Below, piece by piece: positions 13,426 to 26,431 of a stretch of 64,000 bases of DNA. Location: assembly GCA_051362555.1 (NCBI GenBank), contig CM120648.1, positions 9,606,587-9,670,586 on the forward strand, read 5' to 3'. The notes under the pieces were generated by a model, which was given only the letters and a program-made list of their open reading frames with translations, ran no database searches and was not told where the DNA came from. This stretch comes from Lingula anatina. Lineage: Eukaryota > Animalia > Brachiopoda. Made by a program: the position numbers and the translations under genes. How positions within the stretch are numbered: the stretch's first letter is position 1; every line of letters begins with the position of its first letter.

Positions 13426-14978
13426 CGCAAGAATGACATTACAGGCACGAAGTTTCTTGTAGAGAAGATAGAATATAAGGGGCGGAGGCAGTGAGGCAGA
13501 TGAGAAAGAAAAGAGAGAAAAAGTCTATCCATAAGTGGGCGACATATGTACAAGTGTTTTAACTAGTAACGATAAGTGCATCCTCAGTGGTGAAGAAAAT
13601 AATGAATCTGTATTGTGAAGAAGAGGTGGAGATAAATTGGACTGGAGTGACATCTTTAAGTGGATGGAGGAGTCATTTTCTTTTGTAAAAAAAATTCACA
13701 GCTTGTCACTGTCAACGAAATGTTAATTTGGTAGGATGGGGTAAAGACAGAAAATATGTGTTTTGTGAAAGCTTTTAAATAGCAATTTACCTAAAAATGA
13801 TAAATTAGTTTAATTGCGCTTGCTGGCTAGAGTGGTATATGACAGTACGTAAGATGTTGAGGCTATAAATTATACTAATTAGTAGATGTTTCAGTCCTAT
13901 TTCAAAGATTTAAAAAAAAAAACAGATTAGCAAGAACATTACATGTATGGCACTTTTCTATGGTACTTACATTGATCAACAGCTTCTTCAGACCTAATAA
14001 TTCTCATGATTTCATCAGGCTCATCCCAATGTACAGACTTCTTGCTACCTAACAAAGGCTTGACAGAATTGTCTTTTTGACGATGTTATCATTATATATT
14101 TGAAGTTGAAAGTGGTTTATAAGCAAGAATTATTATTGTTATTGCATCTGGAAATAATCAAGAGCATTTTTAAGGGAGTCTCCCACTTATTACGCCCTGA
14201 GTTTCAGGATTTACTGGAAACAAACCAATATAATTGTATTGTGCTTATAATGGGAGTAAGTTTCCAATACTCTCTAAAACTCAGGGTGATTCAAACCCTT
14301 CATAATAATTCATTACAGACCTTACTGCTCTATTGAGGCTATAACCTACCATGGAAAAGTGCATAGGGGCCAACACAGAATCCCCGGGGGGTGGCTGGCT
14401 ATATGACAGCACTATAAAAGGTCAATAGTCCCTGAAAGGCAAGGCACATATTGTGAGTAAGATGTCTTGTGTTATGTCTATATAATAGCTGATTATCCAC
14501 TCTGCCATCCTAGGGTAATGGCCATTTAGTGGAGACACTGTCAGAAAGTGATAGACTTCTGTTGTTGCTGGCGTGTTTTGGGTTTTTTGAATGGAGGAAT
14601 ATAGGTGACATGGTCAGTCTGACAGATCCAGGGTTTGCTGTAGCCATTGGAAAGTGGGATGGAGGGGGCACACTGATAAAATCAAAATTTTTCTCACTTA
14701 AACTTATCCCCCTTCCCTTCAGTAAGTAGTAAGGATTTTGCTGAAATGGGTGAGGGCTAACAATGAGCCCCCCCCCCCCCCAAAAAAAAAAAAAAAAAAA
14801 AAGATATTTTTTTAATCGTCACACTCATCCTAATTTTTTTTATTGTCACACTTCAAACCATAGTAACATATATTGTCTGTCTGTTTATCAGTTTCCCTAC
14901 ATTATAGATATTAGAGAAGTATTAGATATAGTTTCAAACGCCTTGTTGTTGCATGTATCTTCTCTTTTATCTTTGCAG

Positions 14979-15169
14979 CGGGAAGTTATCTCCCCTTTAA
15001 GCAGTATTCATTTGTATACGGAGTTTCGTTCACTCTTTTAGATACACACTTTTGTTGTTTATTTAATAAAGGGGTTGACCTTTTCTGTGAGATACCTTGG
15101 AGATTAAAAGGTTACCGTGGCAAAGGTTGCCATGGTTGCTATGAAGGACCCAAATGGTCATTGCCATAA
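14979..15169 (+). CDS. Coding exon B (terminal) of the uncharacterised secreted Cys-rich protein
   Basis: Strong acceptor tctcttttatctttgcAG at 14978. In phase 1 it reads (T)GSYLPFKQYSFVYGVSFTLLDTHFCCLFNKGVDLFCEIPWRLKGYRGKGCHGCYEGPKWSLP, with stop TAA at 15167-15169. Confidence 0.6.
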
Positions 15170-16652
15170 TGATTTTAGATCTTCTCCTCATATTAGGCAT
15201 TGTAAAAGTGCTGAATTAAGCAAATACAAGCCTTATGCTTATATGTGTTTGTTGTGAACAGTTCTGTAAATAATTCCATGTTGTGAATAGTATGGCACTA
15301 AACATGGAAACAGTTACCATGGAGATTGTAGTTATTTATTTGCCATAGCAACTGAAGATATCGCATGCCATGAAAAAAAAGCAAATTTTCACTTGTTTTA
15401 GATACATGTATTAGCATTGATAGTTTGCCTTTTTAAAATACTTATCTTTTCTGCATTAAAAATGCTGTATTTGTTCTTGAGTGTTATTCATTAAGTGAAG
15501 TATTGTTTGTGCTTAGTGTGATTTATAATACTATGAGTAAAACAAAATCTTATTTTCTCAAAAAAGAAAAAAAATTAGCAGATATGTGCATGAAAGATGT
15601 ATTAGAAATTAAATGTTGAGAAAGTTTATGGCGTTAATGACATTATTATCTGTATCAGAAATTGGTGTAACTTAATTAGGTCACAGTGACCTGCTAAAAA
15701 TGGGTCACATTAACCCAATTTGTTAATAAATAGTTAAAAGGTTGTAATGACCAGAGTAGGTAATTTAGAATTTTTTTGCCTGACCAAAACAGTTTAATCT
15801 CTATGCTATAAATGGTCATCATAAGTTTTTTTTTTTTTTTTTTTTTTTGGTTTCCTTCTGAGAATGATAACCCAATGTTATTTAACTATTCAGTGGACTG
15901 CCTCTTAAATATACTAGAAATACAAGGCAATACAGCAATATTTTACAAATAAACAATGTATGGATGCTGCATATATCTATATATCCAAGATATTAGCTGT
16001 TTTAGAAGTCCTTTTGTAAATTCTAAATTATCTTTAAAGATAACTTTATTGTACATCTGTAAGTAGCAAAATCAGATTTTGAAAAATTATAGTGTTCTAC
16101 ATGTAGATTTCTAGTCCTCATTTTAGGTCTTCTTCGTTCGTTGTAGTTTTACATCTTAAACGATATAACATGTTACAGATAGTTGAATTCCCATGAACTG
16201 TTTGATATCTACATAGACCTTGATATTTTTTCGACAATTAAAGATTTTCAGGTACAAAAAGATTTTTCCATCTAAGAAGTATCAGCCAGGGCTAGAGCAT
16301 CCAAATATTCCCATTTCCATAGAATATTGACTTATTGTATTGGTCAATTTTAAACCAATCATAGAATAGAAATATTTTGTGAGCATATTGCAATACCATT
16401 GCCATATAATATATGTATGAATTTAGTGCTATAAGTGTCTTTACGGTGGCTTCAGCAATGAAAATAAAAAAAAATGACTTCTCAAATACCTTATCGCCTT
16501 TGTTTTTGTATATTTTAAACTGTCATATGATAAAATCATCATTTATCTAAACATGTATGTTCATTAGAAGAAATTGTTGGTACAGCTGGAAATAACCCAG
16601 AACAGTTTTTTCCCAATTACTTGTCATGATTCTTCATTTTAGTACTTTTACT

Positions 16653-16687
<35 letters not shown>

Positions 16688-16864
16688 ATGACAACAAATC
16701 AAAATAAAATACTATTTTATCATACCATTTTTCTCATTTGTTTTATAACTAACTTTTGTCCCTGTCATTCCACTCCATATCTCAATCCCACTTTTTCTCT
16801 CTATCCTATTCTGTCTGACCTATAAGTACCTCAAGAATTATGAGGGATGTCATTTGTAAATTGA

Positions 16865-16898
16865 AATAAAAACTTAAAAAATATATGTTGTGCGTGTT
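16865..16898 (+). terminator. Polyadenylation signal and downstream GU-rich element of the small secreted-protein gene
   Basis: AATAAA at 16865-16870 followed by TGTTGTGCGTGTT at 16886-16898, coinciding with the end of the CpG-poor block. Confidence 0.55.
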
Positions 16899-16964
16899 AA
16901 TCAAGTCATCCTTAGGTTTGTGTGAACTCCTTCGCATACTTGCACACATTTTTCCGCTTCTTTT

Positions 16965-16970
16965 CTTCTC

Positions 16971-17010
<40 letters not shown>
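16965..17010. repeat. (CT)n microsatellite
   Basis: Direct reading. Confidence 0.9.
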
Positions 17011-20000
17011 TGTGTTTACCTATTATTAAACCACCGCGACCTTTTCTCCAATCACCCGCCCTAATAACCCAGTATCATTTTCTCCTTGTTATCCCACCAC
17101 TATACTGGTGCACGAAATGTTTTCGCTCCAATCACTTAAGAGCTGCCTTAAAAGAAGAAAAGAGAGACAATAAAAATCAATTCTCTTCGACAAGCGATAC
17201 TTAGGCGCCTAATGTACCTTTTCAGCGAGACTGAATATGCAGCTATGCGAATGTTTGCCCTGGAACGAAAAGAAAAGAGCAGGGTCGGTTCTCGTGTTTC
17301 AAGGAGACAAAAATACGGGGAAAAGAAGGGGTATCTGTTACCTTTGGTTTTTTAATCGATTCTTCTTGTTCGCAAAACCGGTAGATTTGTTCTCCACAAG
17401 AGGTTTTCAAGCTTTGTGTTAACTAAATAACTATTGGTGGAAATTTTTTGAAGAAAAAACATCTTGAATTGCGCTCCTCCGACCCCTTTTTACAACATGA
17501 GTTTGTTTGTTGCACAATTAATGGTTTGAGCACGAGGGACGAAAACATTGCCAATTGTTCTGGGGTGACATTTTAACTAAATTTGATGTTAGCTAAATAA
17601 ATATGGCTGTAGAACCATAGGCGCGTCTCTCATCCCTATAGAAAAAATTCCCCACCCTCAAACAACCTGAGCCGAGTTTGTTCTTTCTGTTATTCTGTTA
17701 GCCTTTTCACGCCTGCTTTGTTATTTTGTCTGTATTGCTCACCCTTGGTCTACAATGCTAAAGTTTACCTCGCCTAGCGTCCATGTTTGCTCGTTTTTCT
17801 GTTCGACAGATTTTTTGTTCATTTGTTGTTACAACTCTGTATCACGGAGCATATTCGATCCTGTTTTTGAAAGCCTGTATGAACACCTGCGTCTCGGGTT
17901 TGATCACGAGTCAGAGCCGCTCAAAACCATCAGAAATGTCTCGCAGTACGACAAGCTGTATCATGTTTGTATTTGTATCTCTATTATGGATTAGTACATG
18001 TCATTATTACATAATTGTTTGGTCAAAACCTTTGAGAAAAACATGCTGACACCGATAAAAATTGATCTTTGATGATATGAAAATGATAGTGAAATAACAT
18101 GAAAATCTGATTTTCTTTTTCTGGAAAACTATGAATTTTCAATATGACGAAAGTTATTTGGTCAATGAACACAAAACAAATTTCATAATAGAAAATGTTA
18201 GGTAAAAATTGACAATTTTCATTGCTAAAATAGCGCAAAATGTAGATAGAAAGAAAAAACAAAGTTGACTAATTTTTTATGCATGCCATCTACGAATATC
18301 CATTTGGCAGTCAATATATATATACCCCCCCCCCCTCCGCCTGTTTCGTCCTTAAACGTCTGTTTTATAGCTTCTCAAACTAACACCAATATGACAATGT
18401 TATTGTTTCTTTGAAATAGAAAGAAGAAAACATTGCCATAACTGCCACTGCAGCTGCGATCACATTGAAATTTGGGGACGCTGTGAGGACTTTCGCTTTG
18501 GGTGACATTACATTGTCATTTATTGTCATTTATTGAGCTAGTGCAGGTGATGAAATATCCAGAGAGCAAAGTGTCTTGTTTGGAAAGAATTTGTGAGATT
18601 ATTTTTGCAATTTCGTAAAAAAAAAAAAAAGATGATTGAGAATTTCATGCCATCGGTTCGCCTAATTTTCTCTTTGAAAGTTTTTATCAGTTCAGTAGCT
18701 AAAACTATATTTAAACACACACACTATAACTATAACTCCAGTTATACATCCATGGTGTTTTCAGCCGGTTCAATCTGAGTTTTTTTTTTAAGCTTGCGGC
18801 TGGGAGCGAAGATGGGGTCGGTTTGTGACACGTCAGGCACGGTTGTCACGCGGTTTTGTCTTGGTGACACGATGACAAGGCAGGTTCCCGACGAGGGGGT
18901 GTGCGTCACAGAACGCCTCGGGGCTCCTGGCGGTGATTCAACGGGGATGGCATGTACAGCAGTACAAAACGTGCCAGGGCACCGTTTTTTAGTATATATC
19001 TGTCAGAGATAAAAAGCCTCAACGATAAAAATTAAGGAACACAGGTTGTCTTTGTTGAATTGACCAAAATTAACGGTACAAAACGCTCTGCAGGTACCGG
19101 TTCTCTTTTGTGTCAATGACAATAAGAGACACTAATTATAAAGCAAACCCTGACTATGGCTATTGGAAGGGCTATATTATTTCTTTCCGCCATTTAACTA
19201 CAATACATAAGCTCACAAAACCGTGACATAGGAAAATATCATTATTTTTAATAATATATGTTAAAACACTGAAAAAGATTCCTCGCCGCACAGAAAAACC
19301 ACAAGCCGGGCAATCACACTATTCACGAAGTTCGAGTGTCAAATTAACAGTTGTAAAATTCAGTCAGCCTTTTTTATGTACAATTTCCGTCTAGCGTAGA
19401 GGCTAACACACAATAACCATACATAAAACAGTCGTTTGTCTTCACTGCACTTTTCGTAAATAAAAGCAGACGACTCATCATCATTGAAGAATTTTGTGTA
19501 AAGCACATGTTCAAATAAAGCGACGCCCAAAATTTAGCGTAAAAAAGGGTGTACTTATCACGAAACCCGTGTCTAGTCTGATAGTCGGGTAATTACTACG
19601 ATAGCTGGCGACACTTCATTATGTAAAACTTACATAAAATACACGACTGCGTTCCAAGATATTCGCGTGAGATAACAAGCTTTATCTCCGTTCTTTTAGT
19701 GACTTTTGACATTTTGTAATTTTTTTTGTAATAACTTTATTGCTTCAGCTCACGCAAACTGAACATTTTGAAGACCTTCACTGCTGATAAAACCACTGAC
19801 TATGTAACGTTAGAACATTGTGCCATTTTTTTCATTTCTTTCTCTTCCGTTTTATTATGAATTATATCTGAATTGGTTTTCAAAATTCCACCCCATAGTT
19901 TGATTCACGTGTAGGCTAATACACGAAATATAACGAAGAGGAGGGAGTTTCTACACTTAAAGAACGCGAGATATTATAACAATATTAACATTGTTTAATT

Positions 20001-22997
20001 AACCGTTTTGAATTTAAGCCAATCAAAATACATTTGAATAGATTTTAAGGAATTATTTAGCTTTCTCTTGCTTAATTAGAATCCCGTTTAACCTCTGTTT
20101 TGAATAGCTGTAGAAATATTCTATTATGAAAGGTATATATGCGTCTATTAGTTACATCCTATTAAGTTACCCAGTCACTGGCTTTTTCTCAGATGTCTGA
20201 CTGTCACGCACTAAAACACGATGCCTTAACGGGGATTGCATTTCACTGTTCAAAAACACGACATCTGCATTGCTGTCAATTTTCACAATATATGGTGGTG
20301 TTCTCTCGCCCTATCGTCTGCCCCAAAACAAAAGCGCCAAAGATTTTATTGATTCTAACAAGGGAATGCGACATCGGCTCAACTTCGAATTTGCGCCTTT
20401 TTCTGATTAATTAGCAGCTTTATGTAACCAGACCGTGATTTTCACAAAACAAATCTAGCGCGCCTTTTCAGAGTTATTAGCGACTTCGAATTGTGATTTT
20501 TACAAAAACAAGTCAAGTATCATGACGTCCTAAGGCGGTTCGAGGTCCATTACGATCCAAACTTCCCATAAATCACTGCGACTTTATTCAAAAGATACAA
20601 AGGCGTCGATATTTGTCCAGGAATGTTGGGGTTTTTGACGCCTATCTAGTTTCTTAGGCTTGCGTAATGCTTTTTGAGTCATTTCATATCTACATTAGTC
20701 GATGAATAAGACCCATGAACAATATTCAACGACTGTTTAATGATTCAAAGGGATTGTTTCGTGAATTATGAGCTAGCGACATATGCTATTTCAGCGGAAA
20801 TTAATACGCAAAAAGCGTTTGAATTGTAAGCGCGTTCGACTCCGTTTCCATAAATTTTCTTATACTGATATATACATGTAGCCATGTTTACATGTCACTT
20901 GTTTGTTTTTTGGTATTTTTTTTTAAATCACAAGTCTCTAAAGCTTATGTATGGATCAAATAAGCAAATATATTTAAAATATTCTTCGTTTGTAACAGCT
21001 ACATCAGGAAAGTTCTTATTGCCGCTTATTGTTACCTGTTAACGGCACCAGGGCAAGATGCACAAATTTGCTGAAAAAAAACAAAAAAAAACAAAACGAA
21101 AACAGACCTATGCATTACAGTATATTTGCACTGAATGCAGAGTTCATTGTTAAAGAACAAAATCGTTGAGCAAAAAACTTTTATAAGGTTTTCCCACCTA
21201 TAACCAAGATCTTTACTTCTTCCTTTCATCCATCCCACCAAATTCTTTACACATACTTCGAAACACATTCGATATTGATTGCTACTGTCTTATAGATTGT
21301 TATAACAAATTTAAATGTTAAAAAAATGCCCTGCAGCGATAACTAATTTCCAAATTTCCTCAGTCCTATCCGACTACAAGACGCCTTAGAACAAACCCAA
21401 TGCATTTCCGGAAGAAATCGAAGTCGGCAAATGTCCAGTTTCCTCTCGTAGGCTACTATCACTATGCACTAGCTCGTCGATATGTTGAAAACATTTCCAT
21501 TGCTGCCAACTCTTCACTGAAACCGGTTCTACATGTGTCCACACTTGCTCACAGAAAAAGACTCATCTGCCTGCCACTGTCAGTTTTACCACAAAACACA
21601 CTGTCAACACAAATCCCCCTAAGCGTCCATCTCCTGCAATTAAGACGCCACCCCCGACGACCTTGATTGCAATTAAGTAATTATCAAACAATCAATTAAG
21701 TGGCGTTATCTCTTGGTTACCTGACATTACCTCGTTAGTTAATTGTCCCCAAACTAATTGTCACCAGCTTGATGACAAGATGATGACGGGTGACAGGATC
21801 GCCGGACCGTGGAGGGAGGATGGACTGAAATGAGAGCAGTGTCTTCAGGAGAGGAGGGGAGTGGGGTGAATTGAATCCCTTTCTGATATGATTTTTATCA
21901 TACTTTAGCAGCGGGCATCTGGTAGACACATTTTTGTTGTGATAGTATATAATTTCTTGGGTTATAAATGTAAAAGCTCATTAATTATATCACTTGAATC
22001 AAAGTTGCTGCCACGGCCACTCTTTATTAAAATGAACAAATCAGTAAATGAAGAGTGGATAAGCAGACAAATGAAAAAAAAAATAAACCAAATCAATAAA
22101 TAAAATATACATGGATAGATAAATAAAGCTGCCAAAGTTAAAAAATCAAGAAGATTTTCGAAGATCATGGAAGTATAGAATAAAAACAACATCAACACAA
22201 AATCAAAACACGTCTGGTGTCTCAGACCCGAACTCCGGGTGGCAACCGCGTTGCTTAACTACTCGTGAATATCAGGCAAGTAGGCACGAAATCGGATTGG
22301 AAAAACCGAGCAAGACTGATACAGTGAAAACGTGATTTACCAAAAAAAAAAAGTGAAAAGGGTTAAGAGTTAAGAAATAAGACGAGCAGCCATCAACACA
22401 GCGCAATAAGCTCCAGTGACTGCACGGTAGATTAGAGCATTTTGAGCGCAAAGTAATAATGGGGAGTGATAGTTCAAAGAGAGAAAACTCCAATTAGTCC
22501 AGGAAAGAACGACAGTAGGCGAATGGTTTACTAAACGTGCCCAAAAGGCAAACAAAAATAGCTTTAAAGGAAACCTATGCTTATATGTTCGCTCGTGTGA
22601 AATGCGCCCGGGTCGTGTTGGCTACGAATGGTAGTTTGCTAGCAGGAGGTTTGGGTTGGGACGCAGACAGCGATCACCGTTATAAAGACATCAGTCCATA
22701 ACAAAGAAATGGGACGCTGAGATTAAAAGCGAAATGATTATGGCTATTAGTATAAATGGGCGTTGACAATAGAGTGGACGACTGGGACGGGGTTTAACCT
22801 TGGAAGATACCCCTACCCTCACCACTCTTCGGACAACTCTTACAGCACTCATATCACGACACTTTGGAAAATGGCAAGCTTCTGGACGCCTAGGTGCTTA
22901 GTAAAACAAGACACGAAAACGGTTCGGATATAATTTTGGGATCTATTGTTATATTCTTAAGCAAGCTTTGGTGGTGTCTGCAAGTCTAAATAACGTT

Positions 22998-23001
22998 AAA
23001 A

Positions 23002-23044
<43 letters not shown>

Positions 23045-23052
23045 TAATAAAA
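22998..23052. repeat. (AAAT)n/(AAT)n microsatellite
   Basis: Direct reading. Confidence 0.9.
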
Positions 23053-23776
23053 ATACGATAACTATAACAATATATTTGCCACAGGCCCCTGTTAAAATGG
23101 GCACACTTACGTCAGACATGCGGAATTCGGAATATTACATACATCTCCCCATTGATCAAGGTCTTTATTAAACCTAATCATAACGCACCTCGGACAATGG
23201 CTGAGTGAAATGACCAAGGTGAAATGACCGGTGCCTAATGGTACGATACTATTGATTCCCCCTAGAGTTAACAGTTGAAGGAGACCATAACAGGGCAGAA
23301 GAGACAGTCTTTTTACACCTGCGTCAAAACAGCCCTTTTGTATTCAGAATGGAAATGAAAATTTGCCAAATGCAGATTGAGTTTATGAGAAATGAATGTA
23401 CATAAAATCTATATCTTAAACATACTCTTGAAAGACTAAAACTGAGTTTATTCAGACCCAACCGTCGAATTTCGTTTGAGCGTTGCGTTACCACAAAAAA
23501 TAGTTGTAGACGAAAAGAATTATCGTATGTTACAATTTGTACTACGATAATGAGCCATTTCGTAGACTTTACAATCAAGGGGGCAAAAACATTGATTCAA
23601 TGATATATAGCATTAAGAAATGACCGTCAGACAAAAAAATCACGAGTTATAGACTTACCGTGCTTTAAGTCTCAGTAAATAAAGTTTTGTTACAGCTACT
23701 TATAATGACCAAGCGTCTGCTCCCTAAATTGGGAACTTAAACATTTTAAATGCGATCTAAACAAGGGCAAAGGGTC

Positions 23777-23777
<1 letters not shown>

Positions 23778-23821
<44 letters not shown>
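23778..23821. repeat. Poly(T) homopolymer of about 44 nt
   Basis: Direct reading. Confidence 0.9.
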
Positions 23822-23823
<2 letters not shown>

Positions 23824-24790
23824 ACTGTGACTCCGAAGGTTATGTTTTACCTACAAAACATCCTTATGCTGAAACATATTTCATGTTTCCGCTTGTAATT
23901 TAAACATGGGAAAGGTGAAATGCTGGCTACCTTGTTGTTTCTTGGTTGAACGCTGTGAAAAATTGTTGAAGTCTAGCAATTACAAAGTGAAAAATGAGAG
24001 ACATATGAAAATAGCTTTGTCTTTGGGACGCTGTTCATTTTATTTCGACGGTCATGGGTAGTTCACGTGTCGGCGGTTGAAGCAAATATGTTATGTTTTG
24101 AAAATGGAATGTGCAACATCTTTTTCCTTATCAATTTATTATTCGTTTCTGTCTGAAATAAAGGGGAAAGAAATATAAAGAAACTGTTGTAGAAAACAAG
24201 GAGCATGGTCCGTTTCCAACCGCCTTGTCTTAATTGCCTTGTATAAAAAAGTTCATAGAAATGTATAGAATTCTTAATATTTTGAAAGAAAATACTTTTA
24301 AAAAACCAATTTCGGACGATAAGTGGAGAATGACTTTGGTAATCCAAACTCAAAAATGAAACAGATGGCCTTGTGATGAAAGTTCGTAGTGGACGCGATC
24401 GTCTGCTCATACCGTCTTCTCTCGCCGACATAAACAAAATCTGGAGAGATTTCATTATTTGCTCAATCAGACCAGAAATTAATTCTTTCTGATAGTAACC
24501 AGATTAGCGCACTGCCAGATTTATCCAAATTAGTTTTTCCTTCTCAGTGATGAGATAATATAGCAAAGGATAATCAAATCAACACTTCTTCCTCTCCATT
24601 ATTCTTGAGACGCGTGCGATGATGGCGCGCGCTTACTTAGTTACATGTTAGAAACTGTGATAGATTTCATATTGAATTTCTCGGATTATTTTGCGGTAAT
24701 TGGACGGATTCATTAAGTGTCCATCTGGGCAATTTGGAGGAAGATACGGATCACAACGAGTTATGCCAGACCTTTATCAGGCATCTTAAG

Positions 24791-24797
24791 TTTTATA
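24791..24797 (-). promoter_or_regulatory. Candidate TATA box of the minus-strand transcript
   Basis: TATAAAA on the - strand, about 155 nt upstream of the first donor at 24637/24636. Confidence 0.4.
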
Positions 24798-26287
24798 CTC
24801 TACAGAGCATTTAATTAATTTATTTATGTATTGTTAGGAAATGAAGCCTGCTATACGACCAGGTATCCTCCTAAATCTTGAGATGTGCTTTGTTTTTGTG
24901 GGCACAGGGAAAAAAGTTCAAAATGCATTTACAAAAACTGTTTCTCCTGAAGTTTTTTAATAAATTCCTAAATGCCCAATCTAAACTTCACTCATGGCAC
25001 TGCGTTTCCCAAATCGAAATTTTATTTTTAATTAGGAAAGAACGAATCCACCCGGTATTGTGCGTAGTGAATTATTATGTTTTTTTAGAAACAATTAAGT
25101 TCCAATGCCATTAACAGTTTTCTCTTGTGTGTGTGTGTTTATCAATAACAAAATTAACTTCATTTTGACACAACGTTCGGTTCGAATCAACCGTATTAAA
25201 TGAACAGAGGTCAACATAAACAGAAACGCACAAGTTATGCTACTCTTCTGTCAGGTTCTTCCTTCTTCAAAAAAATATAATAAATAAATAAATAAATAAA
25301 TAAATAAATATAATGGTAATAAATAAACAAGTGCGCCATTTTCAAACATCCACTTTTCTTATTTTTCGTCACTACTTGCTACAATTTGCAAATCACCATT
25401 TAAGTAATGTTCTGTATAGTTATCATCTTTTTCCACAAATGTTTAGTCCATTTTCCCATTGCAATTAATCGCACTTCCCCCCTTTTCACCCAATGCCCCA
25501 ATTTAACCAATTTCCTCAAAAAAGTGTGAATTCCAAGTGCCGTGAAATCGAAATGACTTTTCTTCCTTTCTCTTTCTTCGTGCGCAATGCTATCTTAATC
25601 ATCGGTTGCTACTCGTAATTACATCAAAATTACACCAAGGAAATAACTGTCCATTCCGTTACCCAACGTCCATGTAAAAAGTGCCCAAGTTAATTGTTTA
25701 CACCGAATCGGTCGAGCGTGGATTTTAACTGTCCGGCACCCTTAATTATACCACTAATTACACGCGTAGGGGTGGATGCTAGGTCGTAACGGGTATATTT
25801 ACACACGAACGAACGATCATCAAATTACGTCGACTCGAGCGCGCGTCAATGCTTACACCTACAATAGCAAAAATGTTGAAGAACTAGTTAATGCACTTTT
25901 CTTTCTCTTCGCCAAGGAGTCAATTATCGGTACCAATGGTATCGATTTCGCTACTAAAACTTGGGTCAGTAGCTTTATTATCGGTTTATGACTAATTTGA
26001 TAGTGCTTAGCAATGTGTGGAATAACACTTGATGACAAAAATGATCGAATAACACGATAAAAAAAGTGAGCTCAAGTATCCCATTTGTTGTGAAATCTAA
26101 AAAGGGACCACAACAAAAAAAATTAAAATCTTTTAAAAAGGACGAATTACTTCGCTAAAAACCAGTTTCTGTTGCACCAATCCACACCATTTATCATCGT
26201 AGAAAAACATAGATTAGTCCATCCTCAGTTGGCCTTCAACAAGATAGAGAGTACGGAGGCTCTCCTCATAAATTATTCATGAGGCTC

Positions 26288-26346
26288 ACTGCACATGCGC
26301 AAAGTGGGGAATGTTTTGGTGGAAGTCAGTCAGAGTGAAGATGGCG
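26288..26346 (+). promoter_or_regulatory. Core promoter/5' UTR of the large signal-peptide gene
   Basis: NRF1-like TGCACATGCGCA (26290-26301), GGAAGT (26321), Inr-like TCAGT (26326), and AAGATGGCG (YY1/Kozak overlap) at the ATG. Confidence 0.6.
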
Positions 26347-26431
26347 AAGGGGAGCAGTACGTTATCTCGGGGTCTCCTCCTATTTATTGGATTAATTACT
26401 TTTACAGACAGATTAACATATGCAATACGAG
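26341..26431 (+). CDS. First coding exon (signal peptide) of a large secreted or type I membrane protein
   Basis: ATG in aagATGGCG context, translation MAKGSSTLSRGLLLFIGLITFTDRLTYAIR, and perfect donor GAG|GTAAGT (phase 1). Too short for the ORF track. Confidence 0.8.

Larger units (their letters stand above)
18500..24770 (-). ncRNA. Candidate multi-exon polyadenylated lncRNA (or micropeptide transcript)
   Basis: Minus-strand exon candidates: ~24770-24637 (donor GTAAGC), 24440-24413 (GTATGA), 23723-23659 (GTAAGT), 23173-23111 (GTAAGT), 21824-21731 (GTAATG), 21070-21036 (strong T-rich acceptor, CAG|GTAAC), and terminal 18999-~18500 with AATAAA at 18529-18534 and 18519-18524. No long ORF. Confidence 0.45.

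Noticed and set aside
19360-19485. Possible minus-strand C/D snoRNA (ATGATGA ... CTGA)
   Set aside because: No convincing terminal stem or recognisable rRNA guide.
23760-24000. Poly(T) as the tail of a retroposed copy
   Set aside because: No target-site duplication or recognisable element body, and long homopolymers are common throughout the window.
18990-24440. Spliced minus-strand frame FVYVGERRRFNKDLDQWGDVCNIPNSACLTKFVHLALVPLTDIY resembling a calcitonin-type precursor
   Set aside because: It has no in-frame ATG or signal peptide (the upstream exon has a stop in this frame), no C-terminal Pro-Gly amidation signal, and requires skipping two candidate exons.
24063-24455. 130-aa minus-strand ORF
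   Set aside because: No recognisable domain and an AT-rich non-coding-like tail. It overlaps splice signals of a 28-nt exon candidate.
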